NCBI GenBank assembly: GCA_963702845.1
Contig: OY969763.1
Coordinates: forward strand, 448,001-512,000
Length of the DNA stretch: 64,000 nt
Reading direction: 5' to 3'
DNA from: an uncultured Verrucomicrobiae bacterium
GTDB lineage: Bacteria; Verrucomicrobiota; Verrucomicrobiia; Limisphaerales; Palsa-1400
In this document: positions 31,334 to 41,136 of the stretch, piece by piece
Layout: the number at the start of each line of letters is the position of its first letter
How positions within the stretch are numbered: the first letter of the stretch is position 1
Made by a program: the position numbers and the translations under genes
Notes under the pieces: model-generated
The model's input: the letters and a program-made list of their open reading frames with translations, nothing else
The model's database searches: none
What the model was told of the DNA's origin: nothing

Positions 31334-32377
31334 ATGTCGTTGAGTAGCAGCATTCGCAGTATGACAAAAGCAATGCCCATGGCCGTTGTCACGACGGTCC
31401 AAGGCCCAACAAAATCCATACACAGCCTGCTGGAGACGCTGCGTCCGGCTGGCTGTCCGTTGCTGATTATTGGCGACGAAAAAGGGCCGGTGTCTTACGA
31501 GGTTGAAGGCGCGGAGCTCTTCACGCTGAAACGGCAGTCGGGTTTGTCGTATAAGCTCGCCGGGATGTTGTCCACTGGACATTACACGCGCAAGAATCTC
31601 GGCTATCTCGTGGCCATGACTCGCGGCGCGACGTGCATTTACGAAACGGACGATGACAATGCGCCGCTGCCGAATTGGAACTGGCGCGAGCAACGCACGT
31701 GCGCGCGCAAAGTGCCGCGCACCGGATGGATCAATGCGTATCGGTCTTTTTCGGACGAGCATATTTGGCCGCGTGGTTTTCCGCTCGACCTGTGCCACAT
31801 CAGCCTGACGCATAATAGTATTTCCAAAGATGTGTTCCCGGTGGACTCGCCGATTCAGCAAGGATTGGCGAACGGTTCGCCGGACGTGGATGCGTTGTGG
31901 CGGTTGATGATGGATAAGACGATCGCATTCCGCGAAGCGCCGAGTTTGTATCTGCCGAAAGGCGCGTGGTGCCCGTTCAATAGCCAGAGCACGTGGTGGT
32001 TCCCGGCGGCATATGCGTTGATGTATCTGCCGAGCAATTGTTCGTTCCGGATGACGGATATCTGGCGCAGTTTTGTGGCGCAACGTTGCTTGTGGGAATT
32101 GGGAACGGGCGTGACGTTCCATGGCCCGGAAGTGGTCCAGGCGCGGAACACGCACGATTTGATGCGGAATTTTGAGGACGAAATTTCGGGCTACCTGCGC
32201 AACACGCACATTGCGCGCTGGCTCGACGAAGCGCCGCTGAAGCCAGGACCGGAAGCGGTGCCGGACAATATGCTCATTTGTTATGAGCTGCTGATTTCGC
32301 AGGGCGTGTTTCCGGCGAAGGAGCTTGAGCTGGTGCGCGCGTGGTTGGAAGACGTTAAAAAGTTGCAGGAGGCGTAG
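31334..32377 (+). CDS. STELLO/DUF288 glycosyltransferase family protein
   Basis: VVTTV, IGDEKGP, RKNLGYL.AM, YETDDDN, WPRGFPL, QGLANGSPDVDA, PFNSQST, FRMTDIWRS. Confidence 0.88.
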   Translation: MSLSSSIRSMTKAMPMAVVTTVQGPTKSIHSLLETLRPAGCPLLIIGDEKGPVSYEVEGAELFTLKRQSGLSYKLAGMLSTGHYTRKNLGYLVAMTRGATCIYETDDDNAPLPNWNWREQRTCARKVPRTGWINAYRSFSDEHIWPRGFPLDLCHISLTHNSISKDVFPVDSPIQQGLANGSPDVDALWRLMMDKTIAFREAPSLYLPKGAWCPFNSQSTWWFPAAYALMYLPSNCSFRMTDIWRSFVAQRCLWELGTGVTFHGPEVVQARNTHDLMRNFEDEISGYLRNTHIARWLDEAPLKPGPEAVPDNMLICYELLISQGVFPAKELELVRAWLEDVKKLQEA

Positions 32378-32518
32378 GTTGCTACTTGCTATTTAGTAAA
32401 TGAGTTGCTACATATTAGGTGGCACTCGTGGTTCGGGTTTCACATTCCAAGTGCTTCAAAAGGTCGTGTAGTGTTTCGGCTTGGATGTGCTGCGGGTTTC
32501 CCTTACTATAGGCGTGAA

Positions 32519-33775
32519 ATGGCTCAGGCCGATCGTAGTAGAGGTAATTCATCCAAAGGGTTTTTAAAGCTGACGGTTGCATTCTGCCTTGGCGTCGCGA
32601 TGGCCATAATTGTTCAACGTGTGGCTGCGACCAAAGCAACGCCGCCTCTGGTATCTCAAGTAACCCAACCTGTCGCGAACAGGACAGACAAGCCTTGGGG
32701 CGAACTGGAAATCACGAGCATCCCGTTTGAGAACAGTGAAGAGGTTTTTCTGGATCGCGCAGACCGATTAAAAAAGCCGGAGTGGGTATTTGAACCGGCG
32801 ACAGCAGCCCAAGTGCAGCAATTTCTGCAAACGGTCGAATTGACCGAGAAACAAAAGCGCGAGTTGCAGACGACGAACTCGTGGAAAGAGCAGACGGGTA
32901 ACTGCACAATTCATCCCTCTCCAGAGTTATTGCTCAGCTTAATTCAGCCTGCGCGAGAGAAGATTTATGGCGTCCTGGGCCAGTGTTCATCCAACTACGC
33001 GCAATGTTTTCCGTTTCGATTTGCGCCGAAGCGGTTCGAAGAGCGTTTTGCGAACAGCGGTCTGGAGGCAGATACGGTGCAATTGGTCCGCAATCTTTGT
33101 TACACGAACGAAGGTTTGATGTCGTTTTGCGATCTTGGCGTGGCATCGGCCAAACTGAAGCCGTCGGAGTTCGACGGGTTGATTCGAGTTCTCTATGCAG
33201 TGCCGACGGTAAGGTTGCGTTTGCGGGTGCGACCGGACAGTAACATTGATCAGCTCGTCGCATACTGGGGAAAGGACGGCCGGGAAAAACGCGTGCGACC
33301 GATGTTGGAATCGCTGGCGCGAATGCCCGGTGGCGAGTCGCTGTCGGTTGCGTATCTGTTGCCGGGCGCGGCGCGTTTGCGGCTTTTTACGTTTCCGGAT
33401 GTCGCGCGCGATGCACGCGAAGCGCGGGAGGATTGCTTTTTTACGGCGCTGAATTTCTTTAATAAATACGCGGACGATCGGTTTTTCGACAAAGCCAATT
33501 CGCGACAAACTTTGCAGAACGATTACACGCTGGTGAAGGATCAGCCGACGTTCGGTGATTTAGTCACCGTGATAAACGGTCAAGGCGATGCTCTTCATAT
33601 CGCGGTCTATATTGCGGACAATATCGTCTTTACGAAGAATGGCGTCAACATCCTCCAGCCGTGGGTTTTGATGCGGATGGATGATATGATGAGTTACTTT
33701 CCGTCGCCGGAGCCGTTGCGGATCGCGATCTTGCGCAAGAAAGAGTTGATGCAAGCGAGCGTTGTCTCGCATTAA
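32519..33775 (+). CDS. Membrane-anchored hypothetical protein with a putative C-terminal NlpC/P60-like domain
   Basis: N-terminal TM segment; DCFFTALNF...FGDLV...HIAVYIAD motif order. Confidence 0.65.
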   Translation: MAQADRSRGNSSKGFLKLTVAFCLGVAMAIIVQRVAATKATPPLVSQVTQPVANRTDKPWGELEITSIPFENSEEVFLDRADRLKKPEWVFEPATAAQVQQFLQTVELTEKQKRELQTTNSWKEQTGNCTIHPSPELLLSLIQPAREKIYGVLGQCSSNYAQCFPFRFAPKRFEERFANSGLEADTVQLVRNLCYTNEGLMSFCDLGVASAKLKPSEFDGLIRVLYAVPTVRLRLRVRPDSNIDQLVAYWGKDGREKRVRPMLESLARMPGGESLSVAYLLPGAARLRLFTFPDVARDAREAREDCFFTALNFFNKYADDRFFDKANSRQTLQNDYTLVKDQPTFGDLVTVINGQGDALHIAVYIADNIVFTKNGVNILQPWVLMRMDDMMSYFPSPEPLRIAILRKKELMQASVVSH

Positions 33776-33900
33776 CGTCGCGGTTTGGATGTCGGTTTTT
33801 TCAGGGATGTCCCGTATGTTCGGAACGGTGTGGGCGAATACAATTCGGCATTATCGACACCAGTCGTATACACGGGATTTTTTCGCGAAGCTGGGCTGTT

Positions 33901-36462
33901 TTGTTGTGCCTTTCGATCTTCGCTGTGGCGACGGGTTGCACGCGCGCGGCGAATAGCAGTCCAGTGCCGGCTTCGGGTTCGACGACGCTGACGATCTTGT
34001 CGCCGAATCTTCTCGAGCTGACGCTGATCACCGTGAAAGCTCCCGACCCGGCGCGCGTGCCGCAGTGGGACTTCGTTGATGACAAGTTTCAATTCGTTGC
34101 GCTCGACGTCGCGCAGATTTCGGTTAAGGCAGGGGAGCGACAACTTTCGGTTAAGCGAATCGGTTTCAAGCGGCGGCCGATCTACGTTGGATTCAAAAAG
34201 CGGGACCTGCGGGTTGGGAACTATCTCTATTTAGAATTGGAGCAGCCGATTGCGGAGAATGAACCAGTGGAGGTGACGAACCCCGATGGCAAACTGTGGC
34301 GGTCGGAACAGAGATTTGCCGCCAAAGCCGACCCGATGCGCTTAAGCCCAGTGATTCACGTCAACGAGGAGGGCTATTGCCCGGCGTGGCCGAAGCAAGC
34401 GATGGTGGGATATTTTTTGGGGAACATTGGGGAGATGGATATTCCAACGGAAAAGGGATTTTGCTTAATCGATGCCACCGGCAAAAATGTTTTTACGGGG
34501 AAGCTGATGGTCAGGTCGGATGCGGGTTATGACTATTCACCGAAGCCTTACCAGGAAGTGTATGAGGCAGATTTTTCCTCTTTCAAAACGCCAGGCGAAT
34601 ACCGGCTACTCGTGCCGACGTTAGGCGTTTCGTTTTCATTTCGGATTGATGATGGCGTCGCAGCGGATTTCGCGCGGACGTATGCGCTGGGGCTTTACCA
34701 TCAGCGCTGCGGCACTTCGAATGATTTGCCGTTTACCCGGTTCACGCACGCTGCATGTCACATGCGACCCGCAGAAGTGCCGGATATGTCATTCGCGGCG
34801 GTGAATGAAGAATTGGCGAATATGACAGGGGATGCGCACGAAAACAAACGGCACACCGCGCCGCCATTGAAAAATGTGGCGGCGAGTTTGTATCCGTTCG
34901 TGCGGACGAACAAAATCGACGTAAGTGGGGGCCACCACGACGCCGGCGATTACAGCAAATACACGATTAACGTGGCGCATTTGATTCATGTGCTGACATT
35001 CGCAGCAGATAATTTCCCGGGTATTGGGGCGCTCGACAATCTGGGCATTCCGGAGAGCGGTGACGGGAAGAGCGACGTCTTGCAGGAGGCAAAATGGGAG
35101 GCGGATTTCCTGGCCAAACTGCAGGACGACGATGGCGGATTTTATTTTTTGGTTTATCCGCGCGACCGCGAATACGAGGACAACGTTTCGTTAATGGGCT
35201 CGGACACGGGCGACACGCAGGTCGTTTTTCCGAAGACCACGGCGGCGACGGCGGCGGCGGTGGCGGCTTTGGCGCAGATGAGTTCGTCGCCGCTTTTCAA
35301 AAAACAATTTCCGGAAGCGTCGGCGCGGTATTTGGCGGCGGCGAAGAAAGGGTGGGGGTTTTTAGAGCGGGCATTTTCGAAATACGGGCGTGACGGTTCG
35401 TATCAAAAAATTACGCACTATGGCGATGAATTTATGCACGACGACGAGATCGCATGGGCCGCATGCGAACTGTTTTTGGCTACTGGTGACCACAAATTCG
35501 AAAAGGAATTGATCGACCATTTCAACCCGCACGATCCGAATACGAAACGTTGGACGTGGTGGCGATTGTTTGAATGCTACGGGAACGTGATCAGAAGTTA
35601 CGCCTTTGCGGCGCGCACAAAGCGAATCGATGCGAAGCAGCTTGACGCGAAATTTCTCGCGGATTGCGAAGACGAACTGATTGGAGCTGCCAATGACACC
35701 TTAAAGTGGGCGTTAGAGAACGCGTACGGCACGAGTTTTCCCTCGGAATACAAACGGTTTCGCAACGCGGGATGGTATTTTTCATTGGATCGGGCGTTTG
35801 ATTTGGCAGTGGCGTGTCAGCTCGATTTCCCGGAATTAAACGATCCGCGTCCGAAGTTTGTCGAAGCGATCATCAGCAACATGAATTATGAGGGTGGGTG
35901 CAATCCGTTGAACGTTTGTTTTGTGACGGGCATCGGATGGAAACGCCAGCACCAAATGGTGAATCACTATGCCAATAATCAGCGCCGACATTTGCCTCCG
36001 ACAGGGCTGGCCATTGCCAATGTTCAGGATGGATTCATGTATTTGGATGCTTACAAGAAGGAGCCGACGACGCTGACGTTCCCAACCGATTGGGACGAGA
36101 AGAATCCGTATCCGTTTTATGATCGGTGGTCGGATGCGTTCAACACATCGACGGAATTCGTGACGGTGAACCTGGCGAGAAGCTTGGCTGCCTCGACGTT
36201 TTTGATGGCACGCAGTCCAGTGGCGAAACAGGCGTGGCGCAGCGCGGACGCCGCGATTCAGACGGATAAGGACGGGTTTGCGAAGTTGGTGGTGCATGGG
36301 ATGGATTTGAAACAGGCACGTTGTGTGTGGGAAAACGATTTGGGAGATGAAGCCATTCAGCACGGTCCGGAGCCCTTCCACAGTTCCGGCTCGACAAAAT
36401 GGATTGAAGCCGAAGCGTGGTGGCCCGATGGCCGGCGCGCGGTCGCGAGAACGTCCCGCTAA
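33901..36462 (+). CDS. Glycoside hydrolase family 9, possible lipoprotein; short paralog of 923..6616; start uncertain
   Basis: VATG-C; VSGGHHDAGDYSKY; long identical blocks with the other GH9 (PESGDGKSDVLQEAKWEADFLAKLQD, KYGRDGSYQKITHYG). Confidence 0.9.
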   Translation: MLCLSIFAVATGCTRAANSSPVPASGSTTLTILSPNLLELTLITVKAPDPARVPQWDFVDDKFQFVALDVAQISVKAGERQLSVKRIGFKRRPIYVGFKKRDLRVGNYLYLELEQPIAENEPVEVTNPDGKLWRSEQRFAAKADPMRLSPVIHVNEEGYCPAWPKQAMVGYFLGNIGEMDIPTEKGFCLIDATGKNVFTGKLMVRSDAGYDYSPKPYQEVYEADFSSFKTPGEYRLLVPTLGVSFSFRIDDGVAADFARTYALGLYHQRCGTSNDLPFTRFTHAACHMRPAEVPDMSFAAVNEELANMTGDAHENKRHTAPPLKNVAASLYPFVRTNKIDVSGGHHDAGDYSKYTINVAHLIHVLTFAADNFPGIGALDNLGIPESGDGKSDVLQEAKWEADFLAKLQDDDGGFYFLVYPRDREYEDNVSLMGSDTGDTQVVFPKTTAATAAAVAALAQMSSSPLFKKQFPEASARYLAAAKKGWGFLERAFSKYGRDGSYQKITHYGDEFMHDDEIAWAACELFLATGDHKFEKELIDHFNPHDPNTKRWTWWRLFECYGNVIRSYAFAARTKRIDAKQLDAKFLADCEDELIGAANDTLKWALENAYGTSFPSEYKRFRNAGWYFSLDRAFDLAVACQLDFPELNDPRPKFVEAIISNMNYEGGCNPLNVCFVTGIGWKRQHQMVNHYANNQRRHLPPTGLAIANVQDGFMYLDAYKKEPTTLTFPTDWDEKNPYPFYDRWSDAFNTSTEFVTVNLARSLAASTFLMARSPVAKQAWRSADAAIQTDKDGFAKLVVHGMDLKQARCVWENDLGDEAIQHGPEPFHSSGSTKWIEAEAWWPDGRRAVARTSR

Positions 36463-36761
36463 CGCGATTCGGGCGGCAAGCTTGATGGCTGATCGATTGC
36501 TATCTGAATATCATTTACGGTTGGGTTGGCGTAGGGCGGGTTTGGAAAAGCCATGTTCCAACCAATGCGCCATTCCGGATGAGTGTCAGAATGCCAGTTC
36601 GTCATGTCCGCCAGTGGGTCCACCAAAATTCCGCGCTCATTGTTGTAACCTGAGCCTGCAGGTTCGTAGACAACGTGGCGTTGCGTCGTGCATCCAGCCC
36701 ATAGCACGGCTCCGACCACGGATCCCACGACTACCCGAAGAAACTTGTGATTCGGTTTCAT
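36459..36761 (-). CDS. Small lipoprotein A (H-x-D-T-H-P-E family)
   Basis: MKPNHKFLRVVVGSVVGAVLWAG-C lipobox; paralog of 36885..37154. Confidence 0.75.
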   Translation of the reverse strand: MKPNHKFLRVVVGSVVGAVLWAGCTTQRHVVYEPAGSGYNNERGILVDPLADMTNWHSDTHPEWRIGWNMAFPNPPYANPTVNDIQIAIDQPSSLPPESR

Positions 36762-36884
36762 GGGCAAACCTATCCACGAAATGCATTTACCCAAGTGGGA
36801 CAAAGCCTGTTTCAAAATTACAGCGGCCGCTGACAACCCGATACAGCGCCAATGCGCGAGCTACAAACGAACACAGCTCATTAA

Positions 36885-37154
36885 TTATAATTCCGGCTGG
36901 TCAATGGCGTTGGACAGTTCATCGGCGCGTGGATGGGGCTTGGGCGATGTCGGGAATGCCATATTTATGCCGAGACGCCGTTCCGGATGGGTATCCGGGT
37001 GCATGTGGGTAAGATTTACCTGCTGGTCCAGAGCAATTTCTTCCGGTTGACCTCGCGAGGTTTCGGAGTGACGACTGGTTGCGCATCCTTCAGTTATGAT
37101 AACTGTGAGAGCCCCTGCGAGTGCCGCTCGCAGGAGCCATGATTTGGGGTTCAT
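36885..37154 (-). CDS. Small lipoprotein B (H-x-D-T-H-P-E family)
   Basis: MNPKSWLLRAALAGALTVIITEG-C; shares DTHPE.R.G.NMAFP and AIDQP with its neighbour. Confidence 0.75.
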   Translation of the reverse strand: MNPKSWLLRAALAGALTVIITEGCATSRHSETSRGQPEEIALDQQVNLTHMHPDTHPERRLGINMAFPTSPKPHPRADELSNAIDQPEL

Positions 37155-37254
37155 ATAATAACTTAGGCCGCGCCAAGTTTTTCCCCAACGGGGAGATTCC
37201 TGTTTATCCTAGTGGTGAGACATCTGAGGACGGTGTCTTAAGGTTCCCAAACCG

Positions 37255-37271
37255 TGTTCGGATTTTGGACA
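37255..37271. promoter_or_regulatory. Putative enhancer (UAS) for a sigma54 activator
   Basis: TGT-N11-ACA (TGTTCGGATTTTGGACA), about 130 bp upstream of the sigma54 site at 37400. Confidence 0.4.
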
Positions 37272-37399
37272 GTGCAAAAACAAACCCGGCACCAACACGC
37301 TAAAAGCCGCTGTTTTGCCCGTGGATGGTATCTATGATGCGACAGGCAAAATGGACCGATTCGGACTTTTCCTGATGAAATATCGGGGAATATACGGGA

Positions 37400-37416
37400 T
37401 TGGCATCGGCACTGCT
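37400..37416 (+). promoter_or_regulatory. Sigma54 -24/-12 promoter
   Basis: TTGGCATCGGCACTGCT, GG-N10-GC; the predicted +1 falls 2-3 nt before ATG 37430. Confidence 0.7.
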
Positions 37417-37429
37417 TAAAGTTGCGCTA

Positions 37430-38032
37430 ATGCACAAATTCACGCGCGCTTTAATTTTGATTCTGTTGTCTGCGTTGGCGTTCAGCCCTTCAGCTCGGGC
37501 CTTGACCATGAGCCAATTGAAGAGCATTCCGAACCTCACGCCGGACAAGTTTGCACATTACTTCGCCGATTTCGAATTCAAGTTTCACGCCGAAGTGCAA
37601 GACCACGATGTATTCCTGCGCACCAAGTCGGGCGATTGCGATGACTTCGCAACGGTTGCAGCGGAAGTGCTGGCGAAAAAAGGTTATACCCCCCGGATGA
37701 TCGCAATCCGGATGAAAGGCGAAACGCACGTGGTTTGTTACATCGAAGAAACCCAAAGCTATCTCGACTACAACACCCGCAAGGAAACCAGCCCGCTTGT
37801 TCCTTGCAGTGCAGATATTACGGTGATTGCAAAGAAAGTTGGGGAGTCTTTTGGACGCGATTGGGTCGCAACGTATGAGTTCACCTATAATGAAGGCGAG
37901 AAGGTGAAGCGCCTGGTGAACAATATTATTCCGAATAAGCCGGCGGCACAGCTCGCCAAGGAAAATTTGAATACGGCTGCGGCGGGAACGAAGACCAAAG
38001 CTTCCAAGGCTCCCAAAGCCAAGGCCTACTAA
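37430..38032 (+). CDS. Secreted transglutaminase-like cysteine protease-fold protein
   Basis: Signal peptide; GDCDDFA (Cys), THVVC (His), YLD (Asp). Confidence 0.75.
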   Translation: MHKFTRALILILLSALAFSPSARALTMSQLKSIPNLTPDKFAHYFADFEFKFHAEVQDHDVFLRTKSGDCDDFATVAAEVLAKKGYTPRMIAIRMKGETHVVCYIEETQSYLDYNTRKETSPLVPCSADITVIAKKVGESFGRDWVATYEFTYNEGEKVKRLVNNIIPNKPAAQLAKENLNTAAAGTKTKASKAPKAKAY

Positions 38033-38135
38033 TTTCCCGGCTGGGACGTCGCGCCGCACGGTTAGACTAAAGTGGCGCGGTGTCCCTGCCTAAGTTTTGA
38101 TTCACGTCGCGCGTTTGAGCCGCTACTCTTGGGCC

Positions 38136-39080
38136 GTGGCAGAAAACGACCAAGGAACCGACGCAGCGATAGAAGATTTCCTCCGGCATTTGGCGACAGA
38201 CAAAGGCGCTTCGATCTATACCCAACGCAACTATCGCCAGGCACTGACTCAGTTCTTCACGTGGTTTAAATCCGCACGCAGCACGGAGCCCAAATGGTGT
38301 GATCTCAAACGCGATGACTTCCGGGAGTTCGTGAGGTTTCTGGGCAGAAACAATTTAAGTCGTGCCGCCATTCAATTGCGGTTTTCGGCGTTGCGGTCGT
38401 TTTATAAGTTTTTAATCCGCAACGGCGAGGTGGCCGCGTCTCCCATCAAAAATATTTCGCTGCCGAAACCGGAAAAACGGCTGCCGAAGTTTCTCACGAT
38501 CCAACAACTCAACGACCTGCTTGCGGCCCCAGCGCTGGAACTCAAGCGCGATTCGGAGAATGGCGAGGTGGACGCCAGTGCGTATCTGCGCGATGCGGCG
38601 ATTTTGGAGACGATTTATTCCTGCGGTTTGCGCATCAGCGAGCTTTGTTCATTACGCGCTACCGATTTGGACTGGAACGAGCAGTTGGTGCGGGTTCGCG
38701 GTAAAGGCAAGAAGGAGCGAATCGTTCCCATCGGTGCGCCGGCGCTGGAGGCGATTCGAAATTATTGGAAGGAGCGCAACTATCAGGCAGTGGAGGACAT
38801 GCCGGTGTTTTTGGCGCATCCGAAGAAGATTTCAGCGCTGAATCCAAGAACAGTGCAGTTGCGATTGAAAAAGTATTTGCATGCCGCAGGGCTCGACCCG
38901 GGAATGACGCCGCATAAATTGCGGCACAGTTACGCGACCCATTTGTTGGACGCCGGGGCCGATCTGCGAAGCGTGCAGGAATTGTTAGGCCATGCGCACC
39001 TGGTCACGACGCAGGTATATACCCACCTCAGCATGGATCGGTTGAAAAAGGCCTACGATAAGTCGCATCCGCGGGCGTGA
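38136..39080 (+). CDS. xerC: Tyrosine recombinase XerC-like
   Basis: SALRSFYKFL, LPKFL, YSCGLRISEL, GKGKKERIVP, TPHKLRHSYATHLL..GADLRSVQELLGHA.L.TTQVYT. Confidence 0.8.
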   Translation: MAENDQGTDAAIEDFLRHLATDKGASIYTQRNYRQALTQFFTWFKSARSTEPKWCDLKRDDFREFVRFLGRNNLSRAAIQLRFSALRSFYKFLIRNGEVAASPIKNISLPKPEKRLPKFLTIQQLNDLLAAPALELKRDSENGEVDASAYLRDAAILETIYSCGLRISELCSLRATDLDWNEQLVRVRGKGKKERIVPIGAPALEAIRNYWKERNYQAVEDMPVFLAHPKKISALNPRTVQLRLKKYLHAAGLDPGMTPHKLRHSYATHLLDAGADLRSVQELLGHAHLVTTQVYTHLSMDRLKKAYDKSHPRA

Positions 39081-39095
39081 GACTGCCCGTCTTCG

Positions 39096-40130
39096 CTACC
39101 GTTGATTGTGTTTTGAGGTCGAAATGTACGCTTGGGAAAAGCCCGTCGCCGGAATGTTAAAAGTGTAGTGTGTGCCGTTCGCATTCACTGAACATTTAAT
39201 GTAATTCGCAGCACACTTCTCCTCAAGGTTCGCGATGAATTTATCTTCCGTATTGAATTCGCTGCCGCCGCGCAAGTTGCGGTGCAGTTGATACATTCCT
39301 TTGATGCTCGCCGTCGCGCGCAGGCGTTTCACAGTTTCGGCGGAGCCGCCTTTATGCGGCCCGTTGTCCATCACAGACACGGTCGGCGCGAGCGTCTTTA
39401 GTAAAAGTGGATTGTTGCTGATGTTCATGCCGTGGTGATCAACTTGATAGACATCGACATTACCCACGTGGTCGAACGGACAAACCAAATCACTCTCTAT
39501 ATTCCAGGTTAGGTCACCCGCATCGAAAAAGGCAAAACCGTTGTAGCTGAGCTTGAGACAAACGCTGTTGGCATTGTCAGTTCGGTCAATGTCTCTCTTC
39601 GTCGCTTCTGAACACAGCTTGTTCAATGGATAAATAGCTAATGAAGGTATTTCTTTGCGAGTCGCTAACACTTGCAAAACCAAACGATTGGTGCCGGATT
39701 GCTTAAGAGGAACCAAGTCGAGCGGGTGAATTATTTTTCGGATCGCTGGGATTTTTTTGTATTCGTCGGTTTTATAAGGTCCTCCCTCCTTGGTGTCGGG
39801 ATCTTCGGGTAGCGCGCCGTTGTCCCAGATATTTATTATCGGCATCAACTTCGATAACCCAGCCGCGCCGCCGAAATGGTCGACGTGAAAATGGGTGGTG
39901 ATGAGGTAATCAATTTGTTTGAGGCCGGCGTTGGTAACCACAGTGTAGATGCGTTCAGCACTCGGTGCCCAAGGCCAGCCGCTGTCGATGAGAACGGATT
40001 CTTTGTTTGGCGTGACAATCAAGGTGGACGCGCCACCTTCGACGTCGATCCAGTAGATGTCCAAAGTGGGCTCTGCGGCGTTCACCGTGAGCGAAGCAAA
40101 TAGGAGCATGGCCAGAAAACGGAGGCTCAT
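39096..40130 (-). CDS. Secreted MBL-fold metallohydrolase (ComEC/Rec2-like)
   Basis: IDVEGGAS.L, LIDSG, THFHVDHFGG, NANS, GDL, HHG. Confidence 0.85.
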   Translation of the reverse strand: MSLRFLAMLLFASLTVNAAEPTLDIYWIDVEGGASTLIVTPNKESVLIDSGWPWAPSAERIYTVVTNAGLKQIDYLITTHFHVDHFGGAAGLSKLMPIINIWDNGALPEDPDTKEGGPYKTDEYKKIPAIRKIIHPLDLVPLKQSGTNRLVLQVLATRKEIPSLAIYPLNKLCSEATKRDIDRTDNANSVCLKLSYNGFAFFDAGDLTWNIESDLVCPFDHVGNVDVYQVDHHGMNISNNPLLLKTLAPTVSVMDNGPHKGGSAETVKRLRATASIKGMYQLHRNLRGGSEFNTEDKFIANLEEKCAANYIKCSVNANGTHYTFNIPATGFSQAYISTSKHNQR

Positions 40131-40212
40131 GGGCTGACGATAGCAGGGCAGGGCAGTTTTGCGATTCACTTTTGCACTTTGAACTCTCCTCCGCCTTGCC
40201 TATAAACACAGC

Positions 40213-41136
40213 GTGGCGGAACGTCTCACACTTTCGATTAACGCGCGCACGCGCTATTGCGCGGTGCTCGGCCATCCCGTGCGCCACTCCGCCTCGCCTG
40301 CCATGCAGAATGCTGGCATCGCTGCGCTCGCCAAAGATTGGCGCTATCTCGCGTTCGATGTGCACCCGGATGAATTGCGCCAGGCTATCGACGGCGCAAA
40401 GGCGATGAAGTTCATCGGCCTTAACCTGACCGTCCCGCACAAGTTGCTCGCCGTGGACATGGTGGACGCCATTGACTTGCGTGCGAAAAAATGGGGCGCA
40501 GTGAACACCGTCGTTTTTGAAACGCGCGTATCCGGCAAATGGCTGCCGCTTGGAACCGTAAAGGGATTCGAAGCGGGCGAAGTTCGCAGCCGCGGTTACA
40601 ACACCGACGCGGATGCGATTGTGCAATCGCTGTTGGAAGATTTTTCGTGGACCACCCTTCGTGGTGCGACAGTGCTGTTACTTGGAGCGGGTGGGGCGGC
40701 CCGATCTTGTGCCTTGCGCCTGGCCGAAGAGAAAATTGGCACGGTTCATTTGATCAATCGCACGAAAGAAAAGGCGCAGCAGCTCGGTGCTGAAATCAAA
40801 AAGGAAAACGCGAAGGTAAATTTGCAATACGAATATCCTTCAGCATCCGTCGATCTCGTCATCAACGCCACTTCGCTTGGCCTGAAGAAGGAGGATGCGT
40901 TACCGATCGATGTGGATTGGTTAAAAACGCGCAAACCGAAACGCGTTTACGATATGGTTTATCGACCTGCCGAAACTGAGTTGTTGCGTGAAGCGCGAAA
41001 AATCGGATGTAAAACGGCCAACGGTCTGGGCATGCTGCTTTACCAAGGCGCGCGGGCACTTGAATTGTGGAGCGGAGAAAAAGCGCCAATAAAAATTATG
41101 CGCGATGCTCTTGTCCGGGAGGTTCACGGTGTTTGA
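40213..41136 (+). CDS. aroE: Shikimate dehydrogenase
   Basis: G.PV.HSASP.MQN, GLNLTVPHK, GAVNT, GYNTD, LGAGGAA, INATSLG, DMVY, NGLGMLLYQG. Confidence 0.95.
   Translation: MAERLTLSINARTRYCAVLGHPVRHSASPAMQNAGIAALAKDWRYLAFDVHPDELRQAIDGAKAMKFIGLNLTVPHKLLAVDMVDAIDLRAKKWGAVNTVVFETRVSGKWLPLGTVKGFEAGEVRSRGYNTDADAIVQSLLEDFSWTTLRGATVLLLGAGGAARSCALRLAEEKIGTVHLINRTKEKAQQLGAEIKKENAKVNLQYEYPSASVDLVINATSLGLKKEDALPIDVDWLKTRKPKRVYDMVYRPAETELLREARKIGCKTANGLGMLLYQGARALELWSGEKAPIKIMRDALVREVHGV

Noticed and set aside
38136..39080. Tyrosine recombinase as an integron or phage integrase
   Set aside because: XerC/D-like size and motifs, no IntI-specific insertion evident, near core genes, no att site or tRNA seen.
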